A stretch of DNA of 64,000 nucleotides from a virus (Duplodnaviria; Caudoviricetes), in IMG/VR virus record IMGVR_UViG_3300028591_000087, positions 129,103 through 193,102 of that record; one strand, 5' to 3'. Each line of letters begins with the position of its first letter. Position 1 is the first letter of the stretch. This document shows, in pieces, positions 60,266 through 64,000 of the stretch. Below the pieces are notes generated by a model, which did no database searches, had not been told where the DNA came from, and saw nothing but the letters and a program-made list of their open reading frames with translations. A program made the translations under genes and the position numbers.

Positions 60266-60294
60266 ATTATATCAAAAATTTTTTAAGTTTTCAA
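60266..60294 (-). promoter_or_regulatory. SigmaA-type promoter for a tRNA/ncRNA block
   Basis: TTGAAA-17-TATAAT with TG extension. Confidence 0.75.
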
Positions 60295-60306
60295 GTGACT
60301 GTAATA

Positions 60307-60576
60307 TCAGTCAAACTCTGCGATGAACTCATCTCCCCAAGATATTTCAGCGATAGCCATCACACACCTGAAAAACTGTTCAACCTCAATTTCATAATCC
60401 TCAGTCAGATCCCATTCACTGTCAGGAATATAATCTCGCGTAAGATTGCCATTGGTGTCGAAGCGTTCATCGTATGCATTGTATACGGCGCTTGCATCCA
60501 CATTTAGCTTTTTAGCTACTTTTTCAGCAATCTTCCAAACTTTGATGACCGGGACAGTTCTTACGATGTCGCTCAC
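60307..60576 (-). CDS. Hypothetical acidic protein
   Basis: Promoter at 60607-60635, GGAGG RBS, GTG start. Confidence 0.55.
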   Translation of the reverse strand: MSDIVRTVPVIKVWKIAEKVAKKLNVDASAVYNAYDERFDTNGNLTRDYIPDSEWDLTEDYEIEVEQFFRCVMAIAEISWGDEFIAEFD

Positions 60577-60631
60577 TCTTTTTCCCTCCCTCAACCTTAC
60601 ATATATATTATATAATAATTTTTTATAATTT

Positions 60632-61096
60632 TCAAGTAAGATCTCTTGACCACTCTTGTATTGGATAATCATGCGCGGCAAACCACTCTTGAATAGGTAC
60701 TCTTTCACTACATTTATTTGTAGGTGCTTCATGAACCATCAATGCAAAATTTACATCCTCAATTCCTTCTCTAGATCGCACCATGCTTGCCAAATCTGTG
60801 AATCTTTCCCAGACATCGGCGAAGTCAAGTTTGTTGAGTTGTGCTCTGTATCGCAATAGGAAATCACAATTTGGTGACACTTGTCCACAACTTGGTGAGC
60901 AATAACCGCCAAGATCTGACCCAGGCATAAATATCTCAGCCCGTATACCATTGATTACTCCTCGCTTATCTTTGAACTGATAGTTCTTACCTTTGAAATC
61001 ATGAAACCATTTTGGATCAAAAGCTGCCGTAGATAAAGGAACCAGGTTAGGAGGAAAGAACCTAACCTGGTAAAAATACGATGTATAAATCGTCAT
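60632..61096 (-). CDS. DUF488-like protein
   Basis: IYTSYF, PKWF, Y..QL..LD, LMVHE.P...CSER..I.EW. Confidence 0.55.
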   Translation of the reverse strand: MTIYTSYFYQVRFFPPNLVPLSTAAFDPKWFHDFKGKNYQFKDKRGVINGIRAEIFMPGSDLGGYCSPSCGQVSPNCDFLLRYRAQLNKLDFADVWERFTDLASMVRSREGIEDVNFALMVHEAPTNKCSERVPIQEWFAAHDYPIQEWSRDLT

Positions 61097-62223
61097 AGAT
61101 ACCTCGTTGGACCATAGTCTGGAACTCTTTTGAGAACAATTCTCTCAAATTTCCATTTCTCATTGGCTTCAATAGCTTTCTTCTTAGCCACTTCATCATC
61201 TTCATCCCAGAAATCACTAGGATCATAATGAGGACTAATAATTTGTTCATTAATAATATATTCATCGCCAACAAGATGTGCGAGATATGGACGTATCTTA
61301 ATATTTGCTGTATCACGTTTACCATTCTGATCATTGTAATTGGATACAGAAATCCAACTCGTATCACGATCAGTGAGATCCAACTGAACATTCCAACCTT
61401 CGAATACAATGCCATCTTTACGATATGCTTTGATATCAAATTTAAGACAGTCAGTTTTAGTAATATTAAGATCACGCATAGTCTCTTTCAGACTATATCC
61501 TTGGTTAAGTTCAAATGCAATTGCACGAAGGTAATCATATGGCATACCTACTGCGCCAGCAAGCTGGACCACATCGTGAATTGCATCTTCATATTCGGGA
61601 TCAACCTTGTCCCGCATATACTGTTCTACTTCTTCAGGAGAAGGAGTAGTCATCGTGATATGATAGTGAAAGCGACCAGGTCTGTTAATCATATACTTGC
61701 TTAATTTACTTAAATCATTGCAAGTAACGATGAACAATTTGTGCCCACCATCAATACCATCGAATAGGGATAGCATATCGTCCTGTGGATTCCAATCCTC
61801 TTGATCCTTAAAAGTCTTTTCAAACTCATCAAAGACCACGATGCAATCTTGTTCTATTGAAGATATAAAATCCGCAATTCCTGGGATTGCTTGGGTTACT
61901 ACTACCACAGGATAGCCTTCATCAATGGCTCGTTCTGCCAATACCCGCACAAATAAACTTTTCCCGATACCTTTTTGACCAGAAAGAAGTACACCAAAAT
62001 TACGGTAATTCATCAGTTTGTATGAGGTTAATACTTTTTCGACTTTATCTCTACTGTTGCCATAGATTTTTTCTCCATTCGTTGTAAGATCTGAACGCTC
62101 AGTAAGATAAAAGCCAACAAACTTATTAAACTCAATATTGTAAGACTTTACTGGAAGTTTTCTAAAAGTCTTAACATCTTCACCATATACTTGGAATCTA
62201 CTTCCACTATTTACAATATTCAT
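61093..62223 (-). CDS. AAA+ ATPase
   Basis: GQKGIGKS, FDEFEK, TCN, NRPGRFHY. Confidence 0.85.
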   Translation of the reverse strand: MNIVNSGSRFQVYGEDVKTFRKLPVKSYNIEFNKFVGFYLTERSDLTTNGEKIYGNSRDKVEKVLTSYKLMNYRNFGVLLSGQKGIGKSLFVRVLAERAIDEGYPVVVVTQAIPGIADFISSIEQDCIVVFDEFEKTFKDQEDWNPQDDMLSLFDGIDGGHKLFIVTCNDLSKLSKYMINRPGRFHYHITMTTPSPEEVEQYMRDKVDPEYEDAIHDVVQLAGAVGMPYDYLRAIAFELNQGYSLKETMRDLNITKTDCLKFDIKAYRKDGIVFEGWNVQLDLTDRDTSWISVSNYNDQNGKRDTANIKIRPYLAHLVGDEYIINEQIISPHYDPSDFWDEDDEVAKKKAIEANEKWKFERIVLKRVPDYGPTRYL

Positions 62224-62245
62224 AAATTTTCTCCTTTTTCTCAAG

Positions 62246-62316
62246 CAAGGGTACAGGGACTCGAACCCCGATCTATGGTTTTGGAGACCATTATTCTACC
62301 ATTGAACTATACCCCT
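62246..62316 (-). tRNA. tRNA-Trp(CCA)
   Basis: ATGGT CTCCAAA ACCAT. Confidence 0.92.
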
Positions 62317-62405
62317 ATGGTGACGGGTTGCCTACGGGTTATGCGCTGGCTTTTACTCTCACGGCCGCACTGGCCACATACGCACCTTTGAGCTTCCCGC
62401 CCGTC

Positions 62406-62480
62406 TGGCTGGCGATCCTGGACTCGAACCAGGAACTTCGGAGTCAGAGTCCGACACGTTGCCAATTACACCAATCGCCA
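62406..62480 (-). tRNA. tRNA-Gln(CUG)
   Basis: TCGGA CTCTGAC TCCGA, U1:A72. Confidence 0.9.
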
Positions 62481-62580
62481 TCAAAAATCCGCCGACCACC
62501 CTATTGGAACGCTCTCACCGTGCGGGGCGTCTATTGTGTATTTGCTAGCAGAATTTGAACCATTAACTATGGCGGATAAG

Positions 62581-62654
62581 TCGGGATGACAGGATTCGAA
62601 CCTGCGGCTTCTTGGTCCCTAACCAAGCGGTCTACCAAACTGAGCTACATCCCG
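62581..62654 (-). tRNA. tRNA-Pro(AGG)
   Basis: CTTGG TTAGGGA CCAAG. Confidence 0.88.
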
Positions 62655-62661
62655 AAATAAA

Positions 62662-62731
62662 TGGCACGATGGGAGTCGAACCCACTAACTCAGATTTTGC
62701 AGACCTGCCCCCGACCGACGAGGTTCGTGCC
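62662..62731 (-). tRNA. tRNA-Cys(GCA), atypical D arm and discriminator
   Basis: CAGGT CTGCAAA ATCTG. Confidence 0.7.
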
Positions 62732-62783
62732 GATGTAAATTATTGTTTTCGCTTCATATACCATCACATTCTTTCTTATTTGC

Positions 62784-62858
62784 TGGTCCCCGTGGCGGGA
62801 TTCGAACCCACGATGCACGGATTAAAAGTCCGTTGCCATACCACTTGGCTACACGAGG
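62784..62858 (-). tRNA. tRNA-Lys(UUU)
   Basis: ACGGA CTTTTAA TCCGT. Confidence 0.9.
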
Positions 62859-62865
62859 ATAAAAG

Positions 62866-62948
62866 TGCGCCGGGGTGGACTCGAACCACCGGTGTTTCTT
62901 TGTGGCGGATTTACAGTCCGCTGCCCTCGCCGCTAGGCATACCGACGC
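62866..62948 (-). tRNA. tRNA-Tyr(GUA)
   Basis: GCGGA CTGTAAA TCCGC, long variable arm. Confidence 0.9.
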
Positions 62949-62954
62949 ATATAA

Positions 62955-63130
62955 GGTACCCTGGGTGTGCTATTACGCCAAAAAGACTAGCCATTACCCA
63001 ACGAGGACATTTACATAGGTCGGCTTATTGATCTTGCGTTGCCTATGAGATGTTGCGTTGCGCCCCTCAATTGGAGCGGATCCTACTCCTTAGCTGATGG
63101 CTGCTTTGAAGCCTACAGTCCCAGGTGGTT
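62955..63130 (-). ncRNA. 23S rRNA H43/H44 (uL11-binding domain) mimic with about 100-nt insertion
   Basis: CTGGGACTGTAGGCTTCAAAGCAGCCATCAGCTAAGGAG...TGGCGTAATAGCACACCCAG. Confidence 0.65.
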
Positions 63131-63285
63131 CTCTTTCACGTATAGAACCTCGCTAAGCACGTCACAGATTTTCCGCGTAGCAACGGTTATGCTGTGCTGA
63201 TAGGTTTGATTTCTGGAGCTCAACCTAACAAACATCTCCGAGACCCTGTCTACACCGCCTTTCAGCGGTAACTGCTACTATGGTC

Positions 63286-63361
63286 TGGTCCGGGATGACG
63301 GGCTCGAACCGCCGACTTCCTGCTTGTAAGGCAGGCGCTCTCCCAGCTGAGCTAATCCCGG
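63286..63361 (-). tRNA. tRNA-Val(UAC)
   Basis: CCTGC CTTACAA GCAGG. Confidence 0.92.
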
Positions 63362-63633
63362 ATAAAATGCAGCCTAAGCCGCAAACAGCCTATTATAACG
63401 GGCCTGGTAACCTAGACCGCCCCACACCGGAATCGAACCGGTAATGACCAACCATGAGGGGAAAAGAAAACCTATTTGCGGAATCTTCACCCTTTTCCTC
63501 CATACCACCTATGTCAAGCATAGTTTGGGAGTTTGCCACAAATTCGCAGTATCTCTCTGCCTTGATACGTCTGTCCGCAAATTCAGATGCGGCCGATCGC
63601 TCCGCACATTAAAGGCGCTGTCACCCACCTAAG

Positions 63634-63707
63634 TGCCCCACCAGGGACTCGAACCCTGAACCCCCGGTTTAAGAGACCGGTACTCTAGCCAGTTGAGTTA
63701 GTGAGGC
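63634..63707 (-). tRNA. tRNA-Lys(CUU)
   Basis: CCGGT CTCTTAA ACCGG. Confidence 0.9.
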
Positions 63708-63816
63708 ATATTTTGTATCATATTTGGAAATTGAAGGATTTTCTTTAAGAACTTTTGTCCTTCCCTCATCTTCCATAAATATAATATCAAAAATTTTATA
63801 AGTTTTCAAGTTACTG

Positions 63817-63889
63817 TCGGGCAGGGTGGATTCGAACCACCGACCAGCGGTTTATAAGACCGCCACTCTAACCACTGAGTTACTGCCCG
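63817..63889 (-). tRNA. tRNA-Ile(UAU)
   Basis: GCGGT CTTATAA ACCGC. Confidence 0.88.
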
Positions 63890-63892
63890 ATT

Positions 63893-64000
63893 TGGTGGAG
63901 CTGACGGGAATTGAACCCGTGTCCGAACCACAACACATATCAAGAAATACTTACGCGATAGCCAGATTTAGGTGATGGCGCACACAAAGGATAAACCGGA
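63893..64000 (-). ncRNA. ssrA: tmRNA, 3' end (5' part beyond the window)
   Basis: TTCGGACACGGGTTCAATTCCCGTCAGCTCCACCA: Ala-type acceptor and T arm with no anticodon arm upstream. Confidence 0.8.

Noticed and set aside
62955-63130. Chimeric host rRNA contamination
   Set aside because: Similarity is limited to two short blocks split by an insertion, shows compensatory changes, and is embedded among phage tRNAs.

Overview
64 kb of a large lytic phage genome, with essentially all genes on the minus strand. The host is probably an anaerobic Bacillota/Clostridia (class III RNR, many sigmaA-type promoters, AGGAGG RBSs). 1-27 kb is a replication and nucleotide module (nrdD, gmk, dnaE, RecD-like helicase, recJ, primase, DnaB, Sak4, SSB, ligase, gyrA/gyrB, RNase H, PIN-PhoH, ClpP). 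27-38 kb holds RNA-repair-type genes (PNK, two phosphoesterases, RNA ligase, nucleotidyltransferase, Ro60/TROVE-like DUF2828). 38-46 kb holds lysis, virion-accessory and surface genes. 43-64 kb holds 36 tRNA genes covering all 20 amino acids, a tmRNA 3' end and many structured non-coding stretches. The phage uses genetic code 15 (TAG=Gln) in a subset of genes and encodes a CUA-anticodon suppressor tRNA, so several genes are fragmented or absent in the supplied ORF track. Best candidates for undescribed biology: (1) nine stem-closed CAGCAA ncRNAs, three carrying circularly permuted tRNA modules and four displaying anticodon stem-loops, in the same window as a Ro60-like protein; (2) a suppressor-tRNA-headed, TAG-gated operon of YcaO, an Asn-Gly-x-Cys repeat substrate and two radical SAM enzymes; (3) a mimic of the 23S rRNA uL11-binding domain (H43/H44). 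All calls come from manual motif reading; no searches were run.
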